Shown here: one piece after another, positions 1 through 23,700 of the stretch
How the letters are laid out: every line of letters starts with the position of its first letter
Position numbering within the stretch: position 1 is the stretch's first letter
NCBI GenBank assembly: GCA_002633005.1
Contig: NMRA01000017.1
Span: 144,260 to 208,259 of the forward strand
DNA length: 64,000 bases
DNA from: Phoronis australis
Taxonomy: Eukaryota > Animalia > Phoronida
Direction: 5' to 3'
The notes under the pieces: model-generated
The model's input: only the letters and a program-made list of their open reading frames with translations
What the model was told of the DNA's origin: nothing
The model's database searches: none
Translations under genes and position numbers: made by a program

Positions 1-639
1 TTCCGGACTAACAGTACAGGTCTTCGTTCTTAAACAACTTGAGGCTGCTGTTACGCGATCATCTGATATTCAAGTTGTTACGCCCAGTCGGTGCTCCTTA
101 ATTATGCTCTTGAATATTTGGAAATTGTCTAAACCCCTGTATACGCACAACACTTTTTCGTATATGACTTTTCGTATGCTAAAAAAGGTGTGTGTAAGCA
201 GCCTAGGATTCGACCTTAGCGGGAATCCTAAACCCCCCCTTGCTGAAAACGTAGATCCGCCACTGCTATCCATATGTTTCGTTGCCTGTACACGTTCACG
301 GCGCCTCTCTTGTATTCCTTGATCAGTGAATTCCGGTTCGAACTGATAATTTGTGAAACCTAACGATCGACCTGTGAAGTCTTCATTGGATGAGCACTCG
401 TCTAATTAGGGATTGTGAGTTGCCACGGTTGACGTTTATTATTGTGCGCTATGTTTCAAAATGAATTATTCTCAACCTAAGCAATGCTTATATAAAACTG
501 AAACAAAGATGCAATAAACTAATTGACCGGGTACTTTCATACTGTGAGTCCTACGCTTACAGGGAAGTCATGAATTTCTAAAGATATGCGGGAATTTTCA
601 CCGCTCGTCCTTCTGAGCAGCTTGTACCTGACAGCACGG

Positions 640-1671
640 CGCTGGAATCAGGTACAATTGTGATGACCGCATTGTCCGATGCAAGCAATAAGATATAATT
701 ATCTGACCAATATCTCTGACAAACTGTACATAATGGTGAATTTTCAAAATACATTAACCACTAATTTTCGTTATAAACAAACACCACAGCGGTATTCAGC
801 TGGAAAAGAAAAACCAAGTACGTTTTTCGATTTTTAAAAATCGAACTAATAATCTAAAAGCTTCAACCATTGGGTACAATTGAAGATAAACTACCGCGCG
901 TATTGATACACTTGGTGGATATACAAACCGGCTGATGAGAGTTAACAATATCACATGGATTCAGTTTTTAATATTTCAATCTCCTTTATCAGATTTTTAA
1001 CCAGGAAACAGTTGTTGTGCCTACTTTTCATTTTTTATTACTGACAAGGAGCTAGAATAGTTATATAGTCAGTACCACCAAAATTGTCCAGAGATTCCAA
1101 ATCTTCAGTTTGGTTATCACCATATTTGCACTTTTGTATGTATTTTATGATTCAAGTTCTAATAAAGATTAAACTTTAATGAGTGTACCTGTAATGTGGT
1201 AAGTTTAGGGATGGGCTCACAATTTAAGTTTAGCTGGTGATCAAAATCTGCCACTGTTTTGGTACTTAGATAAAAAGTTATCAACCCGTTCCCGGTAAGA
1301 AAAAAAAAACAAGTGGGCAGAAGCATTAAAAAATTTAATAAAGGAAACCAATTTAAAACTTATCGTTCCTTTGGGAAGTGGCCCTTTGTGAAGATAAACA
1401 CAAGTTAAACTTTGTAGTCATTTTGTAATATTTATGATGTACTAAGTTAAAACTAATCTCTAGAGTTGCAGGCTATAACTCTGCAAATGTCAGAGAAAAC
1501 CAAATTGGGGTTACTAACAACAACCATTGTTGAGACAGTAATGGTAGCAATTACCTGTCCACTTCATTAGCTCAGATCTACATCAATACAAAGGGCGTGC
1601 TGAATAGGCATCCTAAAAGTTGTCTGGGGCTTAGGAAATTGGAGCAGTCACCAGTGTAAGCGAGAAATTCT
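640..1671 (+). repeat. Unclassified interspersed repeat (family D), copy 1
   Basis: Colinear with about 18670-19985 (gaccgcattgtccg, gggaagtggcccttt, cattagctcagat, ccagtgtaagcgagaaattctc). Confidence 0.8.
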
Positions 1672-2477
1672 CATGTTGGCTGTGTGAGCGCATACTAATT
1701 CAGTGTTTGCTAACAGGAAACTGTTGTGAAACAATATCCCGATTGTATATCCTATGGTCAGATGTTAGGGAAATCTTTAGATATTCATCAACATTGTTTG
1801 AATCATTGTTACTGTGCAACTTTTGCCCTGACAGTTTTGCTGTGGAAGGGTAACCTGACTTCGCAGCCCCCGACAAGCTAGTAGATTTGCAGTTTTGCGA
1901 CTAATTCACCAAAATAATCACGTGCACATTATTTCTTTGGCTCACTAGTATAGTCTTTTCGTGACTGGAGGTTTAGTTTCTAACTTTGGCTGGTTTGTGT
2001 TCGTGATGTCTTCAGGCCGGCCGCGACGAGCCTGATCGGGTTCCGAGCCACTGGCCGGGATAACAAGCGTTTTTGTGTATTTAGAACTGAAAATATCATA
2101 AGTCTAAAATTGCAACACACAGCTATGTTCCCCTGCCTGTATTTCACGGACGAATAATTCAAATTTATCACCGAACAGGGCCCAAAACACTCGTGACCAA
2201 CCTTGGTAAATTGACCTACCAAACATTTTAGGTTACGGTACGTTCCAATACCTATAAATCCGTAACAGCGAAATAAAACAACACATTTATTCAATAACTC
2301 GATGTATTTGTAAGCGTGTTGTGAACTGCTGAACAGACTGCGTTCGAACATCTGACGTCACTGGTTAATTTCAACAGCTTTGTCTGCCGTCTTGTGTCAG
2401 GTAAAAGAACCGTACTTGCTGTTATCGAGTGGAACTACTCGATCTAAATAGTTTGTTTTTTGGGTGGCATTCTCCCT

Positions 2478-2795
2478 TAAGGAAGATTTCAGGTAATTTG
2501 TTGAGTCAAAACTGTATTTTACTAAAGAATTCAAGTTGAGGCAGCAACGCATCAGTCGGCAAGTTTTCACCATGGGATTAAGAACATTTTAAAAAAAAAA
2601 AAATCGTAATTTAACAACAAATTTTTATAGAAATGCACCACAGTTTTGTAGAAAGTCTGTCATAGGTTACAGATACGTCACAGCTTGTAAATTTGATTTT
2701 ACCCGTTGTCGGAGACCGGGTTTCAACTGCCTTAGGCTACAACAATGGCCCACCTTCGAAATGAATTTTTCTAAGCACCCTAGGCGAATAAGGTA
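2478..2795 (+). mobile_element. Family A 3' fragment
   Basis: gatttcaggtaattt.ttgagtc...aatttttctaagc.ccct matches about 12278-12615. Confidence 0.7.
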
Positions 2796-3866
2796 GCCCT
2801 AATAGATAGTGACATCAACGCACGAAACGGATGATTTTTATTGATCCTGGCAGCAAGTTTGTGGTGACAGACGCAAACTGCTGGGCGACTGAATTTCGGC
2901 CTGGGCGAGTAGATTTTCTGGCTCCCTGGCCCAGCTGGCGAGCAGGGTTTTGAAACCTGGGTATCCCTGTATAAGCCTCTGTTAGTCAGACTCGCTAATG
3001 GACAAATTTGCCTATTAGCTGAAGGGTTAACACGCTCACCGCTTCAATTCTCGATTTGGGTAATTTCGGCTATTACTACAGCCATAATACCCATGTTCGT
3101 CACCTTTTCATATTGTTTTGAACTTCCATATATAGCTATTGTTTTATTCCTGCAGTTTGACGATTACAAGACTATGTTGTGTGCTCTATATATAGACAGG
3201 TATCAGCCTTAACTGACAACTATGTGGTATTCTGTGCAAATGCTTACTCAAGTATACATGAATCTCCCAGTGATTCATAACCAAACCGCAGATGGATACC
3301 TCTAGGCTACCGCTATTGGCTAGTATTGCTAACTAAGGCGGAGAGCATCGACTACCTAAAACAGTGCCACCGTATCTACTTAGCATTAGAGATGGTGGTA
3401 CTTCATACGCCGGAAGCTTTTCTGCGATTTATTCAGTGGAAAAATTTTCCGGGACTGAGACTTGAACACGGGTTTCCCACATGACAGCAAACAGTTCAGC
3501 CAAAACACAGTTGCCGCTTGGCAAGCGATTTTGATGCGCATTATGCAACTGTACGTCACATCCGCAAGCCACACTTCACCACGTCTCACGCTGATTAAAC
3601 TATCAAAATCACATTGCTATAAATACCTTTTTGTGCATAGGAGGCTGTCGATGTTTTTTAATTCCTTCCAACTCGTACAAATACTCTTGTAATCAAACTT
3701 TTTCTCGAGCAATCCTTCGTTCAGTTGCCCATATCGTTAACTGGCCATTTTTACCTTGCTTGCGCCAGGGGATATGACGTCACGACAGCCATATTATATG
3801 CTGAATACACAATTAATTACCACGCTTAACAATGACAATAAATTTCATCGAATTTTTTTTTTACAG

Positions 3867-14718
<10,852 letters not shown>

Positions 14719-16649
14719 GTTTTACAGGGGTGAAAAAGTAGTGTCTTCCATCATAAGTCACCAGCAGTATATTACAATTATATGAATAATTATTTACATC
14801 TTAAACTGGCGTAGAAATGCAGATTGCATATGGTTTGTAGAAAATCCGGCATTTGAGTCCCGGTGGGGGCAGAAATCTGTTCAGACTTACATTAATTACC
14901 GGTAGCTCATGTGATCTGGCATGCGACCAGACATAAAAATGTTTGCGAGACATTACGACTACAACAAAAATCCTAACCTCTGACCTTTGATAAAGGGACA
15001 TTATTGGAATTACGGAAGAAAGAATTGGGGTCGCTAGTTTTGACCACCATAAAACAACAAAATATCACTAATCATTGTTCATCACCAGATATTCACTAAA
15101 ATCAAGACTGTCATCGTCATTTATTAGTCAGTTAAAATGCTCTGGTATTCAAGTTGTGGAATGTCGCTCAACAGCAGAGCATTTGTCTGTTACTGCACAG
15201 CAAGTGGGTTAGATTTTGCTCTACTACTACTTTCTGTGAAATTGCTTCCTCAGAGTCTGACCCTTAGTTAAAGTTTATAAATTGCCTTGTGTTTGAGTAT
15301 GTTGTTCAAGTCCCATACAGCGTTAATTAAGTCATTATGAATGCATGTGATCTAATTGTAATCAACCAAGTTGAAGGTGAAAAATTAGGTCCTTCTCGTA
15401 ACTCCACGTGAGGCTTAGTATTAATCATGTAAAATAACAATTTGAAACCAAAACTCACCCCAAAACAAGAAGTGAAGTAATTTGTAAAGGTGGGGCTGAA
15501 TGTGACTTCAATATTGAAATCTTGTGAATACAACATATTAAGCTTTAAGTATGCTTTACTGTACTAAGTGGAAACAGTTAGCAGATTTTAAATATTGTCA
15601 TTATTGTGTGCAAAATTAAGGTTGTGTATGAAAAATGGCTAAATTTTGCTACATTTGGAACGTACCTCAGAAATGATTGATTGGACTCCTATGAAACTTA
15701 TATAATTATGCTTTGTGCAAAGAATTGTTTTAAAAATGCTCCACTTTTCCATTAGGCACTATCAAATTTAGAATTTTGATGATTTATGGCATGATAAAAT
15801 CTTCAAGTTTCATAAACCGAATGGAATTGTAGAAAACTGTAACTGCATTTTTGTGATTTCATGTTGGGATTCATATCAAATAAAATTTGATCATGCTATT
15901 GATACTGCTGTTTTGTTGAGTTTCACTAAATAAAACATGGTCATGCGACCCAATTAGTGGTAAATTGGTAGTCAAAAATGAAATTCTACTGGCTTTCCAT
16001 TTTCAGAAAGTATATATTTTACCGGCAAGTTAAAAAAATCTAGTGTTTAGATTTTTGGCTACTTGCGCTGTCTTGTCATACAGTCCCACATAACCAAGGA
16101 TACTGAATTGTTTGTGTTCTCCCAAATCTGCAGCTTTGTCATGTGCTTTTGCACAAAGACATAAAAGCTGCTTCATGATCTCCATTGCGTTACAAGTACT
16201 GGGTCTTGTATTTTGATGTGTGGTATCTTTCCTCACCCCTGAGGTGTTAGACATGCTTGTCGATTTAGCCAACAGAACCTATGCTATCAGAATTGTGTGC
16301 AGTGATGCTGTGGTAGGCTGGTGGTAAAGCTGCAACAGTTCTCTCCTAGTCAATGTCTTCTTGATGCTGGCTGTGTGAACTGGGCGTTTTAGTTCTTGCT
16401 GTTACAGGGTGATGGTCAAAAAGTCATAGTTGATTCTGGCTTGTATCGGAACTCATTGAGACCTGCGGTCGCGGACCAAAAAAAAACACCCACCGGGGTC
16501 AATTTCAGACAAAAATTTTTGAGAAAATGCACAAAAATACGTAAGCAAGGTTTGAAATGCCATGATTTGGCAAGCAATAAGTAAAAAACAAATCTTGCGT
16601 CATTTTCTCATAAGGGGTGGATTTCTTTTTTGAAAAGAGTACTTTTAAA

Positions 16650-17467
16650 TCATGCGGTCAGACTTGTTGACATGTACTTTAACGTCAAAATCTATTTTTA
16701 GATGGTGTTTACAACTTTGGGTTCTAGGGTCAAAGTACACTAGAGATAGTAGAAAATTCTGAGAACAAACTGTAACAGCCAATAATATGATTGGATATGA
16801 TCATGTGGTTTATTAACCAATCACTAAATAAGTAGAATATTATAATACGGGCTTAAGTCAAAAAGAAATTCAGATGAGCTAAAGTAGTTAAAGCATAAAG
16901 ACTTGCTACAGTGTACAGAGGAAAATTGTACGACGGAACCATCTCGTGGAAGATTCTAGAAAGGATCTTTGCAAGGGCAAGGGTTAACAAACAGAAAGTT
17001 AACTAAGAGCTTGTCATTTGCATCGTTGGTAGTAAGATACTACCTGAAGTGTTGCGTCACCAGCCAGTGGCTGTGACCAGTAAAAAGAATCGCGGGTAGA
17101 AGAAATTACCTGCAAGTGTTGCATCACCAGAAACAGTGACCAGCAAGTACACCGTCGTTATACAGTGTGTGTAATTCGAAGATTCACCAAGAGGACAGTC
17201 ATCCAACAAGTGGAGAGTCCTAGCTTGGATAGCAGATAAGACATTTGATTATTTTGGCTGATTGATTGAAGTAATCTTTAAAGAGGGCGTAGTTACTCGT
17301 CTTTGTAGTTGATTGCTTAATTAACAACAAGTTTCACTTGTCTAATTAGGGGTTATCATATAATAAATTAATTACTGAATTTGATTATTCACTTTCCATC
17401 TACGCACAATCTCAAAGCATAGCTACCTTTTAAACAAACCCACAGTCAATCGTCTGATACTATGGCA
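16650..17467 (+). mobile_element. Possible old solo LTR
   Basis: LTR-like composition, short internal direct repeats (tacctg.aagtgttgc.tcaccag), AATAAA about 17382, weak terminal inversion (tcagac/gtctga); no TSD found. Confidence 0.35.
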
Positions 17468-17914
17468 TAGAAAAGTCCCTGTAGTGAAAATGTGCAAGTT
17501 TTCAAACTTATTTAAACTAAGAGGGATCCTGAAATGCAAGTGACCTACTATGAGTCTGTCCATCAATAAACTAAAATATTATTTAGTATTTTTAACAACA
17601 TATACTGTTTTTGTTATTTCCACTATCACTATGTCAATCAATAAAATTGTTATTTTCACGAGCTGGTAATGAACTTGTAAGCCTATTGGAAGACTTAGTT
17701 TTTAACCTTTCTTTTCCTATTTTTAATGCTAAATTAAAGGGATCATTTGTGCATGATTTTGTGTTTTAAAGCGGCATTAAGGCCTGCTGTTTGTCAAATT
17801 CAAATAAATGGCAATAAACTTTTTAACCACTAGATTATGAGCAGACGAACGCGAAAGTAGCGACATCGTGTGGTGCCTTATTCATTATCTCCCCTGATGC
17901 AGGTCTATAGTGAC

Positions 17915-17928
17915 GTAACCATAGTGAT
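17915..17928 (+). promoter_or_regulatory. Candidate RFX X-box with overlapping CRE-like site upstream of CATIP
   Basis: GTAACCATAGTGAT resembles GTNRCC(N)RGYAAC, preceded by TGACGTAA; ciliary genes are typical RFX targets. Confidence 0.35.
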
Positions 17929-18669
17929 GTCCAGGGACGGCCATATTTCTCGAAGAAATGTCATTCATTCCGATAACTTAGCCCAGCTGTCAAGAGTAAT
18001 TGCCCTTCTTCTTCATGAGTTTCAACCAGTAGGACAGGCGCACTTTTAGAGTTTGATTCGTTCGTCGATCCAGCACAAATATGAGTGCTTTGACGGGAAT
18101 AAGGTTAGTTGAATATGCACTGGCGTAAATCGGTGTTTGACATCCACACTCACATACCAGCTGACCAGTCCAATCTTAGGATTTTTGTGGGATGTCAAGG
18201 ATTTTACTGATAATGGGTACCACTTCATTCTACTTTGGTGTCTTGGGTTTGTGGAGAGTGCGAAATTTTCAGTATTAGTGTAGTTATTGACATGATTAAA
18301 TGATTTGGTCACTTCGTCAATGCCAATGGTTGAATATAGCGGTCGCAGATTTAGAGAACCAATTTCATTCACTTAACTATATACCCATTATTCAATGATT
18401 TGCCTGGTTCTCTTAAGTAGGGACTGCTATATCCAACCAGTGCCATTATATTGTACTGTACAGCAGACGGTGAGTGGGTTATCAACTATACTTGTACAAC
18501 AAATCCTCTTCCATTGTATCTGACTATTATCAGTATTACCAAATTCTCTGCTAATTAATGGAGTCTCAGTGAATCGTGTCAATGCGGTGAAATTTGTCTA
18601 CATGCCGTGAATAATATGTTTACACGAAAGTCCTTCAGAGCGGCTTTTACCAGGATCAAAGAGAGCGTG

Positions 18670-19985
18670 GCGCCAGAGTCGGACTCGGTTGCGGTGACCG
18701 CATTGTCCGGTGCAAGCAAGACCCAATTAAGTGTAATTACCCGATTATAACCTATAGTAAACACCTCTGCCTGTACGTACTGCCGAATTTTCAAAATGTA
18801 TTAACCAACTGTTTTCGTTAGAAACAAATGCCACAGCTGTATTCAGATGGAAAAAACAACCAAGTTTGGTTTTCGATTTTTAAAAATCGATGAACTACTA
18901 AGCTAATAACTACAAACATTGGGTACGATTAAAGATAAACGACTGTGTGTATGGATATACTCAGTGATTTACAAACGCTTATCAGAGTTAACAATATCTC
19001 GTGGATTATTCTTTCAATATACAACTAAGCTACATTGAAACATCTATGATAAACTCACAGTGACTAAATTAGATGTAAATAATTTTTAAAACATCGCTTA
19101 TTGCCCAGTGCATTCCAAATCCGAACTACTTTACTCCAGGGGTAGTACACTAACCGGAAAACTGCTATTTGCGGAAATGTGCCAATTTCGATAGTTAGCT
19201 TGTAATTGTAATGGAGTGTGAAGACAACTAAGATGGCTAGCATTGTAGTCAACGAGAGAGTGCAAGCGGTGGATGAGGTTGGTCGGTGGGCAAGAGCTGT
19301 GATTTCATTTTTTAAGACTGAGGAAAAGTTAGAATAGTTATGTAGTTACTGCAACCAAAATTATCCAGAGGTTACAAATCTTCAGTTTGGCTATCACTAT
19401 ATTTGCACATTTGTATATATTTTATGATTTTAATTCTAATAAAAATTAAAATTGAACTAGTGGCACGTGTAGGTTTGTTTGCTGTGACATGTTTGGTGTA
19501 CCTGTAATCTGGAAAATTTAGAGATGGGTTCACAATTAACTGACTTCTAAGTTGTTTTGGTGTGTTGGTTACACACAAAATAAAAAGATAGCAACCCAAA
19601 CCGGTAAGAAAAAAGCAAGTAGACAGGAGTATTAAAATAAAGTAATGAAAACACGTATGAAACATATTCAAAACCAACATTCTTTTGGGAAGTGGCCCTT
19701 TGTCAAGATCAACGCAAATCAACCTTTTAGTTTTTTTGTAAAATTTAAAATGTACCAACTTAAAACTGCTCTCCATATTGCAGGCTTTAGCTCTGTGCAA
19801 ACGCCAGAGAAAAACAATTTCATTGTAATAGGGACCACCATTGTTAAGAAAGTAGTGCTAGAGATTACCTTTCCAATTCATTAGCTCAGATTTACATCAA
19901 TACAAAGGGCGTGATGAATAGAGGTGGTAAAAGTTGTCTGGGGCTAGGAACTCGGAGCAGTAACCAGTGTAAGCGAGAAATTCTC
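18670..19985 (+). repeat. Unclassified interspersed repeat (family D), copy 2
   Basis: Same blocks as 640-1671, with an additional internal segment about 19020-19310. Confidence 0.8.
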
Positions 19986-20690
19986 CACATGAACTGCTAA
20001 AACGCCAGGCTTCAATTGCTTTTTCTAATTTTAAATCAGGTACCCACCCATCTTACTAATGATTTTAGGAGCATGTCCTGCATCATAGGTGCATAAAAAA
20101 CATTCATTGGCATACTATGATTGCTTAACTTGGGCCAACAGGCACACTAAAATTGTCACAACTTAGTCAGATTTTGTCTGGAGCAATACGCATTACTTTC
20201 AGATTCTTATACAACTACTATACTGAGCATCGAATCAAAACAACAATTTTAGTGACGGGGGTCTAGAATATTGTCATCCCAGCTGTGTATTTATGTGTTT
20301 AGTTAAATTGAAACGCCTTTAGCCATTCAGACCTGTCACTAATCTTGTAATGTAGTGAGGTAGCAGATGAAATGCATTTTTAAATGCTGTTCCCTAGGAG
20401 AAAGTACCAGGTGATGGCTCTGTTTTAGGCGCACTTGTAATCCCTTATATCAAATGACTTTCTGGCACGGTTTGCTCTGGTGGGTATGTTTTAATTCTTG
20501 AGAATGACACTCAAAGTCAAGCTAAATCAACTTTAGGAAACATTGTGGGAGGTATTGCTTAACTTAAGTGAACTGGGAATGCTACCACGAGTGAACCTGT
20601 TTGATTCGCTCTGGTCAGTCACATGATTATAGTCTATGTATTAAACCCTCCCACTTTCGTATCTGACCTTAGCATTCATTTTCGTTTCAG

Positions 20691-20794
20691 TCAGCTGAGT
20701 TCACTGACGACTGAAAGCACTCAGCCTCCACAACAAATAGCTGAAGAGTATCCGAAGCCTTCGCCGGAGGCACTTGAATTTCTGGAGTATGTGG
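20691..20794 (+). CDS. CATIP: CATIP exon
   Basis: tttcag|T CAG CTG...TAT GTG G|gtaagt (alternative AG would start at 20695); no ATG, so an upstream exon is needed. Confidence 0.8.
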
Positions 20795-23700
20795 GTAAGT
20801 TGCTCATCCATGTCTTTCTGACACGTTGTCTGGTATGCAAACGGCCTGTAGCAAGCACTATGGTGTGCTATTTTAGCTAGTGAGATTATCACTTGATGAT
20901 TCATTGGTCAGGACTGTTGTGATATTTTTTATGCATCTTAATTTGCAATAGGGTTACATGACATTCCGGGCTGTAAGTGCATCTGCACCCGGAATAAATC
21001 ATGTACATGTAATGATTGTTAGACTCTGGTCATCCAAAAATAAGATTCATTGTCTGTTTCTTTCTTTGCTCGTGTGTATAAGCAGCATCTTGTTCATGTA
21101 TGGAAGTTATTCCAGTTCAAGAGCAATATGTTCACAGTAAGCAATTTTAGTCTCTTTTTTTCTAGATGACGATGATTACAAACACCTGCTGTTCAGCGAT
21201 GCATTGGTTACGACCTCTGACACAGGTCGTGAACTTGGAGAGTTCAGTGTGACAATTCAGACAACAAAACGCGACGACAAGGAGTGCTTTCTCATCCACG
21301 CAAACAGTCATGGTGCTATAGATGGTGTGCCGTGCGGTACCTCAATCACAGCGTTTGTCTCTAAAAAACTAGAAACCCTGGAGCAGCAGCACCATGAATA
21401 TGTCAAGGTACGTAATGTCCAGTGTTGGCCAGTTAGTCTGATCATAATCCAAGTTGGCTCGTCTTCAATCTGTTGATTTTCAAAAAAAAAAAGGCTTGGC
21501 TGTCGTTATAGCCAATTCGTGAATACAAAATTGACAATAACAATGCCATGTTGAACATGATCTCTCATTATAAAACCTGCGACTCAGTGTCCATGACTAG
21601 AATCCATCGTATATGACTTGGATTCAAGTGACATCTGTGACTGAAATGTAACTTAGTGTCATTTTGGGGTTTTGTGAGACAAGTGGAAATGCATTGAACT
21701 ATGACAACTGCAACCGTGCTGCAAGAATCATAGTCTTTCATAGTATGCATTACCTTGCAGTTGACAAAATTTGTAACTTCAACTACTGCTTCAATAAACC
21801 CCTGGTTAAATACATGTAGTAGCACCATATTACTTTACCATCTTATGGCATAATATCGTTTGTTTTTCAGTTGGAAAATCATCCTTTAGACCGAAAGACT
21901 TTCATTGTTAAACAAGACAACACTTATGTGGTGAACAAAGTGATAACGCAGGGCGCAGTAAGTGTTTGAGAGGATGATTATGGAACATCTTCATTGTTAT
22001 ATTCTAATTATTATATTGTTAAATTGGTACAGCTAAATGGTGGGGTTAAACTCACAGTTTCCAAAATTCTTCTTTTTCAATTCAGTTCAAAATAAGAAAT
22101 AATCACAGTTCAGAGTGGCCAAGTTGGACAAAGTAAAATGGTATTAATAACACTTTTTTCAACTGTACATGACACCTATCATACGGCAATCATTATAAAT
22201 GGCATGACATCCTGTCATCAGGACACGAGAGGAACTGTAGTCAAATGAGTGCCGAAATAAAAGTCACATACTGGATATAAAATGGTGCTATACCCAGATA
22301 CACTGCAGTCAACTAGCTACTGANNNNNNNNNNNNNNNNNNNNNNNNNNNNNNNNNNNNNNNNNNNNNNNNNNNNNNNNNNNNNNNNATTCTATGTTTCT
22401 GTGGTGCTTTAAGCAACTGGTGTATAGGATGTGCTTGTATTATGAAGATTACTCACATTTTGCCCCTAGCCTATTGAGGAGACAATGACCATGCCTTTCC
22501 ATTTTGCTAAGTACAACATACTACATATATGCTCTCTACTGGCCACTTTGTGGTACCAATAAACAACCCTAGAAGGATACCGTATGCGGTGCAATTGTGG
22601 GCGCATTTCAACGCTCTGCGTTGCTCTTGTTAAATTGGTACAGCTAAATGGTGGGGTTAAACTCAGAGTTTCCAAAATTCTTGTTTTTCAATTCAGTTCA
22701 AAATAAGAAATAATCACAGTTCAGAGTGGCCAAGTTCGACAAAGTAAAATGGTATTAATAACACTTTTTACAACTGTATATGACACCTATCATATGGCAA
22801 TCATTATAAATGGCATGACATCCTATCATCAGGACACGAGAGGAACTGTAGTCAAATGAGTGCCGAAATAAAAGTCACATACTGGATATAAAATGGTGCT
22901 ATACCCAGATACACTGCAGTCAACTAGCTACTGAGGTGTGTGACTTTTTATCTATCAATGTTGGTCATCCTGGCAACAGTATAACGTTTACTTAGGTTAC
23001 AATGCACCATCAAGTTTAATGTTGTGTTTGGCAGGATGTACAAAGATTTGCGCTTACGTTCAATCAAGACCAGATGCAAGGCTTCATATCTGAAGGTTAG
23101 TAGACTGTGCAGGTGATGGACGTCTTCTTAGAAATTTCTGATGTAGATTTCCATTCAGTTGTCTGTTGTCAACTTTTTTCTCAGCATTTAATGTTACTAA
23201 ACTTATCAGTTCTTTTTTGGAAGGAAAATTGTATTTTTTTTATAAAATGATAATAAAATTTATTCCCCATTTACTAATCACCAACCAGTCTTATTTGCCC
23301 TGTGTTGTGTTATTTTGATCCTGTGGTAGCAGACATAGTAACAGTCATATTTATTAGGGTCCCACATTTTGGGAACCAGTTTCCTCCACTGAATAACAGG
23401 CATCAGTTTGGTTCGCAAAGTCTGGGATGCCTGCGAGTGACTATTGCTTACCCTGCAGTCTTTCTCTAGAGTTATCCCCCTTTGTCTCCCATACAATTCA
23501 GGCTCCAACCTGCTGTTGCAACGTCTGCTGATCAAGAAAGGTGTCCCTGAGAATCTACAGATGATATCATTTGACTCTGATACCAACCTCTGCCATGCTT
23601 TATATGTGAGTATTGCATCGCATGTACCAACTTAAGATTAATGCAACTGAGCACAAATTATCAAATTTTGACGCATAACCCAAAACTACTGTCATTATCC

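Noticed and set aside
1-3866. BARD1 first exon (ATG and the first CxxC of the RING)
   Set aside because: No open frame ending in C-x-x-TG|GT was found by eye; it may be upstream of the window.
22015-22933. About 310-bp direct duplication in a CATIP intron
   Set aside because: The copies flank an N-gap and differ by a few SNPs, so most likely two haplotypes assembled in tandem.
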